Below, piece after piece: positions 9,588-19,041 of a DNA stretch of 64,000 nucleotides. The translations under genes and the position numbers were made by a program. Below the pieces are notes generated by a model. The model saw only the letters and a program-made list of their open reading frames with translations. It made no database searches and was not told where the DNA came from. The stretch's first letter is position 1; every line of letters begins with the position of its first letter. The stretch comes from a virus: the IMG/VR virus record IMGVR_UViG_3300024348_000008. One strand, 5' to 3'.

Positions 9588-9874
9588 CACAAAAATTTGA
9601 CAAAAAAGAATTAGAAAATTCAAAAAGAATATTTAAATCAACAACACCAAGATATACAATAGATTGGTATATTAAATGGGTTGCTTCGGCGTTTATATTA
9701 GCCGCAATGTCAATTAGAGGTGTAGAAGGATTTGTATTTTATGATGTATCTTTATCAATAATTGGAATATTTTTATGGACTATAGTTAGTGTAATGTGGA
9801 ATGATAGAGCTTTAATTATGTTGAATGCTGTAGGTCTTGCCTTTTTACTTTCTAGCTTTATAAAATTATTATGA
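9584..9874 (+). CDS. Small multi-pass membrane protein
   Basis: Three hydrophobic helices, W.DRALI.LN. Confidence 0.6.
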   Translation: MTQKFDKKELENSKRIFKSTTPRYTIDWYIKWVASAFILAAMSIRGVEGFVFYDVSLSIIGIFLWTIVSVMWNDRALIMLNAVGLAFLLSSFIKLL

Positions 9875-11028
9875 TAAAAACTCGATATTATGATGATTTT
9901 ATAAGATACTTTTATTTAGCAAAAGATCAACAAGAAAAATGCAATGTTCCAAATTTTATGCCACATCTAAAAAGTGGTATGAACGATGATCTAATGGAAA
10001 ACGTTGAACTCTACGATGTTGTAGAACGTAAGTATGCAGGATTTTCTCAAATCATTAATGATTGCTTTTATGGTTGGACAGATCAACACCCATATTGGTC
10101 CCGTATGCAAGCAGGAAAAGCTACTTCGCAAAGAGAATTAGTAGCTAATAATTGGACAGGAAAAAAATTCGATTTAGACACATGGTTGTTTTTGTTTATA
10201 TTGCACAGAGTTACAGGAAGTGCAATTAATTACGCAACTAAACCTTCTGGTTATCATAATACAATATTATTTAAGTTTCATTTAGCAGAAAATATAGACG
10301 ACATGAAGAAGATTATAAAAGCTGAAGGTAAAATGGGTAAACCGTTTTATACATCAGTTGGTTATCAATTTCCTGCATTTCCAAAACCTACAAAAGAATA
10401 TAAAAAAGGCGGAGATTATTTTCTTTGTGAATATGTACCTAAACTTGCATACGAATTAGCAAGATTTTTAGAAACCCATGGAAGAAAAGATTTAAGAGAA
10501 ATCGGTGATTTTATGTTAAATTGGAATGTTGAAAACGGATTACGAAGATATGTATTTCAATATGCAGCAGTTGTTGCAGATATTGCCGATTGGTTTCCAG
10601 GATTTGTGAATCGTGAAAGCGCATTTTATTATGGTACAAATGCAGTAGAATGTATTTCATATCTCGGTGAAAATAATAATAAATTAAAGAAAGAAGAGTT
10701 TTTAGATGAAGTAATGATGCAAATATATGAAGATACAGGAAGTGTTCCATATAACGCAGAAGACGTATGTTGTGATTATATACGATGGGTTGAGAATTAT
10801 GTTCGACCTGGTGCAGATTATTCTCATCTCGATTATGATCAGATTTGGTCAAGTAGTTATATTAAAGATCATCCGAGAGGAAGACAAAAAGCAATGTTAG
10901 ATTTAGGATTAGTAGAAACATTTAATGGAATGACTGCTCACCCTTCGGATCTGAAAGTTTTAAATGATAATAATATTGGTATTGAAGAATATCAAGCAAT
11001 GGTGAAATCATATGGCTCTGTTTCCTAA
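9871..11028 (+). CDS. Putative amino acid:DNA transferase-like (aGPT-Pplase/HhH-like) protein 1
   Basis: C-terminal ADIADW...YYGTNAVECI...AEDVCCDY resembles the family's G..A...E..LCE pattern; operon context. Confidence 0.5.
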   Translation: MIKTRYYDDFIRYFYLAKDQQEKCNVPNFMPHLKSGMNDDLMENVELYDVVERKYAGFSQIINDCFYGWTDQHPYWSRMQAGKATSQRELVANNWTGKKFDLDTWLFLFILHRVTGSAINYATKPSGYHNTILFKFHLAENIDDMKKIIKAEGKMGKPFYTSVGYQFPAFPKPTKEYKKGGDYFLCEYVPKLAYELARFLETHGRKDLREIGDFMLNWNVENGLRRYVFQYAAVVADIADWFPGFVNRESAFYYGTNAVECISYLGENNNKLKKEEFLDEVMMQIYEDTGSVPYNAEDVCCDYIRWVENYVRPGADYSHLDYDQIWSSSYIKDHPRGRQKAMLDLGLVETFNGMTAHPSDLKVLNDNNIGIEEYQAMVKSYGSVS

Positions 11029-11977
11029 CGAACATAATATAATATATCCAAACACATCTGAGGTTCCTATGAAGAAAGGTAAACCTACAGATACGTGGAT
11101 GCAAGAATATACACTTGATGAACGAAAATCAAAGTTCTTTGAGTTTTGTGAAAAGTTTGATCAAAGAAAGGATGATCTACTTAGAGATGATTTTCAAATA
11201 TTTTCACATAGACTACATTGGGATGAACACCCATATGTAGAATTTTTACAGAATGAAGGAAGTAAAATAAAGTTAAGAAATTTCGAAAAGATTTGGTATA
11301 CAATTGTTTTCTCGTTTTCAAATGAACATTGGGGAACATTTAAGGCAGTATATACCGGTGGCCAAAGCGGTCTAAAAACGCGCTTTGAAAAACATAGACA
11401 TGCAAGATCTGATTTATTTCAAATATATTATCCAAAAGGAACAAAAGTTGCTCAATGGTTAATCGATGCACCTCTTAAATGTGCACACAAAATGCATAAA
11501 GTTTTAGACGAAAGACAAAAACCATGGACTATGATGGAACTTGCAAAAACGTTTGAAGCATATTTTAAAGAAGAAGGTTTTAGATCTCCATTGTACCCAT
11601 GTAAGAATTTCGCAAGATACATGGCTATGACATGGCCACATCAAGTTGATCCTGAATCTGTATTATTTGGAGGAACAGGTCATTTTGATGGAATGCAACA
11701 AATATTTGGTGGTAAAAACCTAAACGGTAAAGTGAAATATGATATCGTAGATGGTAAATTTATACCTCAAAATGAAGCAGCAGAATTATGGATGGAGCAA
11801 ATGCAAGAATTGGTTGAAGATCCTAGAAATCCTATGACAAAACAAAAATTATTAAATATCGAAGATAAAACATGTTTCTTTTATAAGCATATGGCCATAT
11901 CCCATGGAGCCAAAAGACCAACAAAGAGAATTCCACGAGATTGGATTTTCCCTAAGGAGTTTAAGCTTGAGTCATAA
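11012..11977 (+). CDS. Putative amino acid:DNA transferase-like protein 2
   Basis: GGTGHFDGMQQIF...NIEDKTCFFYK, same pattern as the preceding gene. Confidence 0.5.
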   Translation: MALFPNEHNIIYPNTSEVPMKKGKPTDTWMQEYTLDERKSKFFEFCEKFDQRKDDLLRDDFQIFSHRLHWDEHPYVEFLQNEGSKIKLRNFEKIWYTIVFSFSNEHWGTFKAVYTGGQSGLKTRFEKHRHARSDLFQIYYPKGTKVAQWLIDAPLKCAHKMHKVLDERQKPWTMMELAKTFEAYFKEEGFRSPLYPCKNFARYMAMTWPHQVDPESVLFGGTGHFDGMQQIFGGKNLNGKVKYDIVDGKFIPQNEAAELWMEQMQELVEDPRNPMTKQKLLNIEDKTCFFYKHMAISHGAKRPTKRIPRDWIFPKEFKLES

Positions 11978-12842
11978 TAAACACATTGAAGATGGGTTTA
12001 ATAAAGATCGTGGCATGATGTTACCAAATCAAGCTATTGAGTATTATATGGATTTAGCAAATGGTTGGGAAGATCCAAATCCACCAATCGTTGAAACAAT
12101 TCATGAAGGTATTCGAGTAGTACGAGATGATTTAATAACAGGTTCAAAACAAAGAGCTGCAGATTTATTAATGTCAACAATCAAAGAAGATACAGTTGCT
12201 TATGTACAACCAAGAACTGGTCTAGCTGGAGTTTGTATCTTGCAAGCAGCTAAAAGGTATAATAAGAAAGTACGTTTATATATGCCTTCTAGCAAGAGAA
12301 TATCACACCATCAAGCGTGTTGTATTGAACAAGGAGCTGAAATAAGCTTCCATCGCATAGCTGCAATGCCAAATCTTAACAAAATCGCTGCCGAGGACGC
12401 CAAAAAGAATGGATTTTACTTTATTCCTCTTGGTTTGAAGCACAAATTAGTCACTGCAGGCTTCGTAAAGATAGCGCGCTCCCTCGTGCACCCAACAGAA
12501 GTTTATACAGTTATATCAACGGGAGTTCTCTCTCGTGCACTCCAGATCGCTTGGCCCATGGCAAAATTTACTGCGGTTGCAGTTGCAAGAAATATGAAAG
12601 CAGGTGAGAGTGGTAGAGCAGAATTAATTAGTGCACCAGAACCATTCACAAAAAATATTAAAAAAGAAGAAATGCCACCATTTCCAAGTATAGGAACATA
12701 TGATGCAAAAGCATGGAGATATATACCTAAGAATACTGGAAGAAATATCTTATTTTGGAATGTTGGTTCTGAACCGATATTACAAGATGAAACATTATAT
12801 AACACAGTTGATAGCTACAGAGATTGGGATAAAAATTTATGA
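11967..12842 (+). CDS. PLP-dependent enzyme (fold type II)
   Basis: RDDL..GSK.R Schiff-base lysine, STGVL, YDAKAW, LFWNVG; probable TTG start after TAAGGAG (track starts at 11904). Confidence 0.8.
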   Translation: MSHNKHIEDGFNKDRGMMLPNQAIEYYMDLANGWEDPNPPIVETIHEGIRVVRDDLITGSKQRAADLLMSTIKEDTVAYVQPRTGLAGVCILQAAKRYNKKVRLYMPSSKRISHHQACCIEQGAEISFHRIAAMPNLNKIAAEDAKKNGFYFIPLGLKHKLVTAGFVKIARSLVHPTEVYTVISTGVLSRALQIAWPMAKFTAVAVARNMKAGESGRAELISAPEPFTKNIKKEEMPPFPSIGTYDAKAWRYIPKNTGRNILFWNVGSEPILQDETLYNTVDSYRDWDKNL

Positions 12843-13792
12843 TTACAGGAACATTTAATAAAATTCCTAAAAAACGTAATAGTCATGGATATGGATGGGC
12901 CAGAACTTGGGCAGAGAATTTGGATTGTGAAATTAATTATGATGGTGATCCTACAGATTTATTATATTTAGATCATGGTGTTAATTTCGGAGGATCTCTA
13001 AACTTATTTGCTGGATTTAATGAAGATTTAAAGAAAAGAATAGATAACTTTTTAAAAGCTAACGTTGTATATTCTTTAGATATTGATATGCCAGATTATG
13101 GAGCAATGTTAAAGAAAAGAAAAGACGTAAAAGATAAAGAATGGTGTGATATAATTTCAGACAAATGCGCACAAGCTATACCATTAAAATCAACAGATTT
13201 ATTAGAATTGAACTGGTTAACTATAGGCGATTCTCATACTGCAGCATATGCACGACCAAATTCAATGGTTATTAAAACAGATGGATTAACACTAAACGGA
13301 CAAATTAATAGTAATTTTGAATATATTCAATCTCATATCAAAGAATGTAACCCAAAGGGTATAACTATGGTATTTGGTAATATCGATATAAGACATCATA
13401 TATGTAGACTTAATATCGATCCAACAGAAATGCTTACCAAATGGAGAAACTTTGGATTATTGTTAGAACATAAAGGAATATCTGTTGAATATTCTACTCC
13501 ATGGCCAATTGAACATGAAGATCGAAAATTACCAAAAACTGGATATTATAAAAATCAACCATTTTGGGGAACAAGAGATGAAAGAATATCAGCATTAAAT
13601 CAATGGATTTTAATAATGGATACATTAGGAATGAAAAGAATTAAATATCCAGATGATTGGTTTTTGTTAAACGGTGAACGTTATGCTAAAGAAAAAATGG
13701 AAAATACATCGTCTGTACACCTCTCACCTGAGATGTACAGAAGAAAAAATTGGGGAAATAACCATGTACAATTGTCTCAATTTATGGTATAA
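12839..13792 (+). CDS. Protein with C-terminal SGNH/GDSL-like domain
   Basis: IGDSH, GNID.RHH, SVHLSP motifs. Confidence 0.55.
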   Translation: MITGTFNKIPKKRNSHGYGWARTWAENLDCEINYDGDPTDLLYLDHGVNFGGSLNLFAGFNEDLKKRIDNFLKANVVYSLDIDMPDYGAMLKKRKDVKDKEWCDIISDKCAQAIPLKSTDLLELNWLTIGDSHTAAYARPNSMVIKTDGLTLNGQINSNFEYIQSHIKECNPKGITMVFGNIDIRHHICRLNIDPTEMLTKWRNFGLLLEHKGISVEYSTPWPIEHEDRKLPKTGYYKNQPFWGTRDERISALNQWILIMDTLGMKRIKYPDDWFLLNGERYAKEKMENTSSVHLSPEMYRRKNWGNNHVQLSQFMV

Positions 13793-13809
13793 TATACCCT
13801 ATATAAATA
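13765..13809 (+). promoter_or_regulatory. Early promoter (13765-13793) plus late promoter TATAAATA (13802-13809) for bS21/uvsX
   Basis: Both consensus motifs in tandem. Confidence 0.8.
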
Positions 13810-13825
13810 ATAATACTGGAGAAAC

Positions 13826-14083
13826 ATGCCCTCAATAGATTTAAGACCTAGGAAAAACAAAAATCCTAAGGATAAAAGACAACCTAAACCAATGCCATTT
13901 GACGTTGCACTACGCAAATTTAAAAAAGCCGTCGAACGCGCTGGAATTATTCAAGAAGTAAAACGTAGAGAATTCTATGAAAAACCTACGGCTAAACGAA
14001 AACGTAAAAAAGCAGAAGCTGTAGCTCGAACCCGAAGGCAGCATGCTGCAAATGAATTAAAACCTAGAAACCACTGGAGGTAA
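13826..14083 (+). CDS. rpsU: Ribosomal protein bS21
   Basis: [11 protein letters not shown]...[18 protein letters not shown]. Confidence 0.95.
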   Translation: MPSIDLRPRKNKNPKDKRQPKPMPFDVALRKFKKAVERAGIIQEVKRREFYEKPTAKRKRKKAEAVARTRRQHAANELKPRNHWR

Positions 14084-14086
14084 ATA

Positions 14087-15157
14087 ATGGGAATAATGGA
14101 TAAATTGAAAAAGAACTCTAAAATTAAGACAACAGAGGTTTTGTCTAATTCGGTTTTTTTTAAAGAACAAGACGTAGTAGTAACAGACGTTCCAATGATA
14201 AATGTTGCTTTAGCTGGTGATATAGATGGAGGACTAACATCTGGTTTAACAGTTTTAGCTGGTCCATCAAAACACTTTAAAACTTCTTTTGCTTTGCTTA
14301 TGGCATCTGCATATTTGAAAGAGCATCCTGATTCAGTATTGTTGTTTTATGATTCTGAATTTGGATCTCCTCAACAATACTTCGAATCTTTTGGTATAGA
14401 TACTGATAGAGTATTACATACTCCTATAACAGATGTAGAGCAATTAAAATTTGATTTAGTTAGTCAGCTAGATAATATTGAAAGAGGCGATAAACTAATA
14501 ATAGTTATTGACTCTATTGGTAATTTAGCTTCTAAGAAAGAATTAGAAGATGCGCTAAATGAAAAAGGTGTAGCAGATATGTCAAGAGCTAAGGCTCTTA
14601 AAGGGTTGTTTAGAATGACAACGCCATATTTAACTATGAAAAACATTCCGTTATTAGCAGTTAATCATACGTATCAAGAAATTGGATTGTTTCCTAAAGC
14701 AATCGTTTCAGGTGGTACTGGTATTTACTATTCAGCGGATAATATTTGGATAATCGGTCGCCAACAAAATAAACAAGGTACCGAAATAAAAGGTTACAAT
14801 TTTGTAATCAATGTGGAGAAATCAAGGTTTGTTAAAGAAAAATCTAAAGTTCCTATCGCCGTTTCTTGGGAAGGTGGGATTGAATGTTATAGTGGTCTTT
14901 TGGACGTTGCTCTTGCTGGTAATTACGTTGCTAAGCCTAGTAATGGTTGGTATTGTAGGGTTGATCGTGAATCTGGAGAATTGGTGTACCCAAAGGTTCG
15001 CGAAAAAGATACACTTAAAGAAGAATTTTGGACACCCATATTTGAAGGAACAGATTTCAAAAAATTCATCAAGGGTCATTACCAAATTGGACATAAACCA
15101 TTATTGGAAGTTGAAGTAACTGGATTGGAATCTTCTAATGAGGAAGAAGATGAATAA
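14087..15157 (+). CDS. uvsX: RecA-like recombinase UvsX
   Basis: AGPSKHFKT, YDSEFG, VIDSIGNLASKKE. Confidence 0.97.
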   Translation: MGIMDKLKKNSKIKTTEVLSNSVFFKEQDVVVTDVPMINVALAGDIDGGLTSGLTVLAGPSKHFKTSFALLMASAYLKEHPDSVLLFYDSEFGSPQQYFESFGIDTDRVLHTPITDVEQLKFDLVSQLDNIERGDKLIIVIDSIGNLASKKELEDALNEKGVADMSRAKALKGLFRMTTPYLTMKNIPLLAVNHTYQEIGLFPKAIVSGGTGIYYSADNIWIIGRQQNKQGTEIKGYNFVINVEKSRFVKEKSKVPIAVSWEGGIECYSGLLDVALAGNYVAKPSNGWYCRVDRESGELVYPKVREKDTLKEEFWTPIFEGTDFKKFIKGHYQIGHKPLLEVEVTGLESSNEEEDE

Positions 15158-15494
15158 TTTAACCTATAAAGATTATGTATTAATAGAAAATCCAAATGAA
15201 GATTTTTATGGAATAGAATTAAAAACTGGAAAGTGGCAAGGAGTAAGATACATATATGGTAAGGTTTCTATTAAAGAGTCACCAGAACTAGATACTGCTA
15301 CTATGAGTTTTTCATATACAATTACTGATAGTACAGAAAAATATGAAGAAGCAGAATTAATTGGAGATATTAATTTTAAAAATCATTTAGGTGATATTTT
15401 AAATCATTGTATTCAAGATTCATTAGATAATAAGAAGGCAGAAATTGGACATATCAACACAAATCCCGACACACGTACTAAGTCATCTAATTAA
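15150..15494 (+). CDS. gp40-like head vertex assembly chaperone
   Basis: Position between uvsX and gp41; YGKV and LGDIL motifs. Confidence 0.55.
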   Translation: MNNLTYKDYVLIENPNEDFYGIELKTGKWQGVRYIYGKVSIKESPELDTATMSFSYTITDSTEKYEEAELIGDINFKNHLGDILNHCIQDSLDNKKAEIGHINTNPDTRTKSSN

Positions 15495-16839
15495 TGATGA
15501 AGAGTATTGCCGTAAAGTAATACCATATCTTAAAAAGGAATACTTTGAAGGAAGTCATAAATTAATATTCGATTTAATTGTAACATTTGTTACAACTCAT
15601 AATAAAATACCATCAGGAAAAGTATTAGAATTAGAACTAAGAAAGGTTGATGCACCAGAAGATGTGTTAAATCAAGCTAATCAACTTATTCATGAATGTA
15701 AGGAAAAATCAGATATCGATCATGAGTACATTATACGAGAAAGCGAAAAATGGTGTCAAGAAAAAGCTGTCTATAATGCGATCATGGAATCAATATCAAT
15801 TATCGACGGAAAGTCTAACGACGAGAGAGGTGAAGGAGTTATTCCTGAAATACTCACTAATGCTCTTGGTGTGTCTTTTGATCCTAATATTGGACACGAT
15901 TATATAGATAATTCTGACGATAGATATGAATTTTATAATAAAGTCGAAAGTAGAATTCCATTTGATTTAGATTACTTTAATAAAATTACAAAAGATGGTT
16001 TACCAAATAAAACATTAAATATTTGCTTAGCTGGTACCGGTGTCGGTAAATCATTGTTTATGTGTCATTGTGCATCTGCAAATATAGATCAAGGTAAAAA
16101 TGTATTATATATTACAATGGAAATGGCAGAAGAACGTATTGCAGAAAGAATAGATGCAAATCTTATGAACTTTCCAATCGAACAATTAGAAAATATGCCA
16201 AAAAATGTTTTTGATCAAAAGATTTCAAAGATTGCACATGGACATATTGGCAAATTAATTGTAAAAGAATATCCAACAGGTGCAGCTCATACTGGACATT
16301 TTAGAGCTTTACTTAATGAATTAAAGCTTAAAAAGAATTTTAAACCAGATATTGTGTATATAGATTATTTAAATATTTGTGCGTCAAGTCGCATCAGAGG
16401 GTTAGGTGGAAGTATAAATACCTATTCATATATCAAAGCAATAGCTGAAGAGCTACGTGGTTTGGCGGTTGAATTTAATGTCCCTATTGTTAGTGCAACG
16501 CAAACAACTAGGTCTGGTTTTAGTAATACTGACGTGGGCCTAGAGGACACTTCGGAATCTTTTGGTTTACCGGCTACGGCTGATTTAATGTTTGCTCTAA
16601 TTTCAACAGAGGAACTTGAAGGATTAGGTCAATTAATGGTAAAACAATTGAAAAATCGTTATAATGATCCTACTAAATACAAGAGATTTGTAATTGGTGT
16701 GGATAGATCGAGAATGAAACTTTATGACGTAGAGGAGTCGGCCCAATCTGATATCATGTCTGACATGACACCAGATACGGGTCCGATTAATACATTCGGT
16801 GATAGAGATAGTAAAGACTTCACCGAATTCAAAATATAG
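15445..16839 (+). CDS. gp41: Replicative DnaB-like helicase
   Basis: AGTGVGKS, EMAEERIAERIDAN, SESFGLPATAD. Confidence 0.97.
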   Translation: MDISTQIPTHVLSHLINDEEYCRKVIPYLKKEYFEGSHKLIFDLIVTFVTTHNKIPSGKVLELELRKVDAPEDVLNQANQLIHECKEKSDIDHEYIIRESEKWCQEKAVYNAIMESISIIDGKSNDERGEGVIPEILTNALGVSFDPNIGHDYIDNSDDRYEFYNKVESRIPFDLDYFNKITKDGLPNKTLNICLAGTGVGKSLFMCHCASANIDQGKNVLYITMEMAEERIAERIDANLMNFPIEQLENMPKNVFDQKISKIAHGHIGKLIVKEYPTGAAHTGHFRALLNELKLKKNFKPDIVYIDYLNICASSRIRGLGGSINTYSYIKAIAEELRGLAVEFNVPIVSATQTTRSGFSNTDVGLEDTSESFGLPATADLMFALISTEELEGLGQLMVKQLKNRYNDPTKYKRFVIGVDRSRMKLYDVEESAQSDIMSDMTPDTGPINTFGDRDSKDFTEFKI

Positions 16840-16850
16840 AGGAGAAATCT

Positions 16851-17036
16851 ATGAAAATATTTACAAAAGCCAAAGATTGGCTAGTGGCAAGAATGCCTGA
16901 AAGAACATCGCACGATGGCGTATTACTTATTGTAATATGTGGATCAGTGATACTTTTTGGTGGTCTAGCCAAACTACTCGCGTGGGTAGGACTTGTATGG
17001 GGTATATACACCCTTGTCAGAGGAGAAGCTAAATGA
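16851..17036 (+). CDS. Small membrane protein
   Basis: GAGGAG SD; two hydrophobic helices. Confidence 0.65.
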   Translation: MKIFTKAKDWLVARMPERTSHDGVLLIVICGSVILFGGLAKLLAWVGLVWGIYTLVRGEAK

Positions 17037-17665
17037 TAAGTACTATAAGAATGGCGCTTTTAAGTGCACTACTAATATTACCTTCATTTGCAGTACAAGC
17101 TGACACTTCAGGTTCGATATCTCTTGCTTCGGATTATTTCTGGAGAGGAGTATCACAAAACGCTGGTAATCCTGCGCTACAAGCAGGATTAGCCTGGAAT
17201 CATGGTTCTGGAGTTTATGCTAGCGCATGGACAAGTCAGGTGGATTTTGGAGATGATGCGAATATTCAATATGATTTGGTGGCTGGATATAATTTAGCCG
17301 TAACAAATGATATGACAATAGGCGCAGGTATTCTACAAAGAAACTTTGATGCTGGATATGACGACGTTGAAGAATTGTTTGTTGATGCAGTATGGAAAAA
17401 TACTAATATGACATATTATGTAAATTCTGATAATAGAAAATCAACATACTTTGAATTAAGTCAAGGATTACCATTTATTACTTTTATTGATACTAAAATT
17501 GGATATGGTTCAATGAAAGAAACTGGTACAAATTCACGATTTGTATCATTAAATTTATCAAAAAACATATCTGACAGTGTAACTGTTGGTTTAATGGTTC
17601 TTGATGGGGTAAGACATGGTGATATGCTGGATTCAGCAGCAATAACATTTGCATATAACTTCTAA
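17033..17665 (+). CDS. TorF/Gcw_chp-like outer-membrane beta-barrel protein
   Basis: Signal peptide, SDYFWRGVSQ..PALQ.G, W.S.VDF, C-terminal YNF. Confidence 0.8.
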   Translation: MISTIRMALLSALLILPSFAVQADTSGSISLASDYFWRGVSQNAGNPALQAGLAWNHGSGVYASAWTSQVDFGDDANIQYDLVAGYNLAVTNDMTIGAGILQRNFDAGYDDVEELFVDAVWKNTNMTYYVNSDNRKSTYFELSQGLPFITFIDTKIGYGSMKETGTNSRFVSLNLSKNISDSVTVGLMVLDGVRHGDMLDSAAITFAYNF

Positions 17666-17699
17666 ATAGATTTATTCATCATTAATAAGGAATGATTGA

Positions 17700-18359
17700 T
17701 TGAACGTTAAACTTATATCATATTCGCAACCAACTGAAGAATTTCAACTAGAAGGAGATTTACTTCAGTTGGTTGCTTTTTGCGCAAGAGTCTCAAATCC
17801 TAAAGGTCAGGTTAATATTAAAACCGCCGAGAAACTTGTTAAATATTTAATTAAAAATAAACACTGGTCACCACTTGAAATGGTTAGTGTTTGCTTAGAG
17901 ATCGAAACAACTCGAGATATTGCTAGACAATTATTAAGACATCGATCTTTCTCTTTTCAAGAATACTCTCAAAGATATGCCGACGTCTCAGAATTGGGAG
18001 TTGCATTTACTACGCGAGAAGCTAGAATGCAAGACACAAAAAATAGACAAAATTCAATACCAGTTAAACATGATGAATCAATTAATTATATTTGGGAATC
18101 ATATCAAGAAGTAATTATTGAACGTTGTAAGAAAGCTTATGCTTGGGCACTAGAAGCAGGTATAGCAAAAGAACAAGCTAGAGCTGTTTTACCAGAAGGT
18201 TTAACAATGAGTAAAATGTATGTTAATGGAACTTTAAGATCGTGGATCCATTACGTAGAATTAAGATCTGCACATGGAACACAACAAGAACATATGGAAA
18301 TAGCAAAAGCTGTCGGTGATGTAATCTATAAAATCTTCCCCCTAGACGACATTATTTAG
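17700..18359 (+). CDS. thyX: Flavin-dependent thymidylate synthase
   Basis: HWSPLE, RHRSFSFQEYSQRY, EQARAVLP. Confidence 0.95.
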   Translation: MNVKLISYSQPTEEFQLEGDLLQLVAFCARVSNPKGQVNIKTAEKLVKYLIKNKHWSPLEMVSVCLEIETTRDIARQLLRHRSFSFQEYSQRYADVSELGVAFTTREARMQDTKNRQNSIPVKHDESINYIWESYQEVIIERCKKAYAWALEAGIAKEQARAVLPEGLTMSKMYVNGTLRSWIHYVELRSAHGTQQEHMEIAKAVGDVIYKIFPLDDII

Positions 18360-18405
18360 CATCTAATCAGATGCCCAAGCATCAGTTAGGCATCTGATTA
18401 GATGC
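18359..18405. repeat. Perfect 17-bp inverted repeat with self-complementary arms
   Basis: gcatctaatcagatgcc-N13-ggcatctgattagatgc. Confidence 0.9.
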
Positions 18406-18479
18406 ACTATTTAGTCCATAAAAGTGTTGTTTGTATGCATTTAAATGTACATATAAATGAAAAAAAATGAAAAAAAGCA

Positions 18480-18550
18480 TGTACAAATGCCCTAAAGTGT
18501 GGTATAATATACCTATATTAAAAAATAAAACACTGTAAGGAGTGAGTATG
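18480..18550 (+). promoter_or_regulatory. Early promoter cassette A (TGTACA-N17-TATAAT, leader, GTAAGGAGTG SD)
   Basis: Closely similar to cassettes at 50981, 51636 and 52916. Confidence 0.9.
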
Positions 18551-18940
18551 AAAGAAACAAAAATATTAGAAAAAGCAGTAAACCAGTTGCTTAAGACACT
18601 AAAACGTGAAAGTGATAAAAACTTTCCTGACTTAGCTAAGTATACTAATTTTACTGCAGAATCTGGTAGAAAATTTATTAAAATTATTGAGCAAGATACG
18701 TTCAATGGTGAAATTAGTCAAAGAGTTTGGGGATTTATTAATATTTCTGAATTTACAAAAGAAAGAAAAATGGCATCTACAACAAAAGTTGTTACTTTCA
18801 AAGAAGGAGATGTTTTAATGGCTAATGGATGGAGAGCACCAGCTCTTAATGCACCTCGAGGTAATATATTAGATGGCTATAATATTACAAAAGTTAATAG
18901 ATATGGTCCTTCTTATATAAGTTCAAACCGAACTTTATAA
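18548..18940 (+). CDS. Early hypothetical protein (family common in T4-like phages)
   Basis: GRKFIKI, VWGFI, GD.L.A.GW.APA motifs. Confidence 0.7.
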   Translation: MKETKILEKAVNQLLKTLKRESDKNFPDLAKYTNFTAESGRKFIKIIEQDTFNGEISQRVWGFINISEFTKERKMASTTKVVTFKEGDVLMANGWRAPALNAPRGNILDGYNITKVNRYGPSYISSNRTL

Positions 18941-19041
18941 GAAACAACGTCACTTGGAGGACGTATGAAAGCTCTAAGTGGTTACGTCAGAACGTATACG
19001 GGGGAGTTGTGAACCCCCAAAATTTTTATAAAGGATTAATT

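Noticed and set aside
18382-18705. Minus-strand 107-aa ORF
   Set aside because: Spans the palindrome, a promoter and the antisense of a real gene; likely spurious
18947-18988. Classical H-type pseudoknot or known riboswitch
   Set aside because: Loop lengths (0 and 2 nt) are sterically poor and no known aptamer consensus was recognised; kept only as alternative pairing
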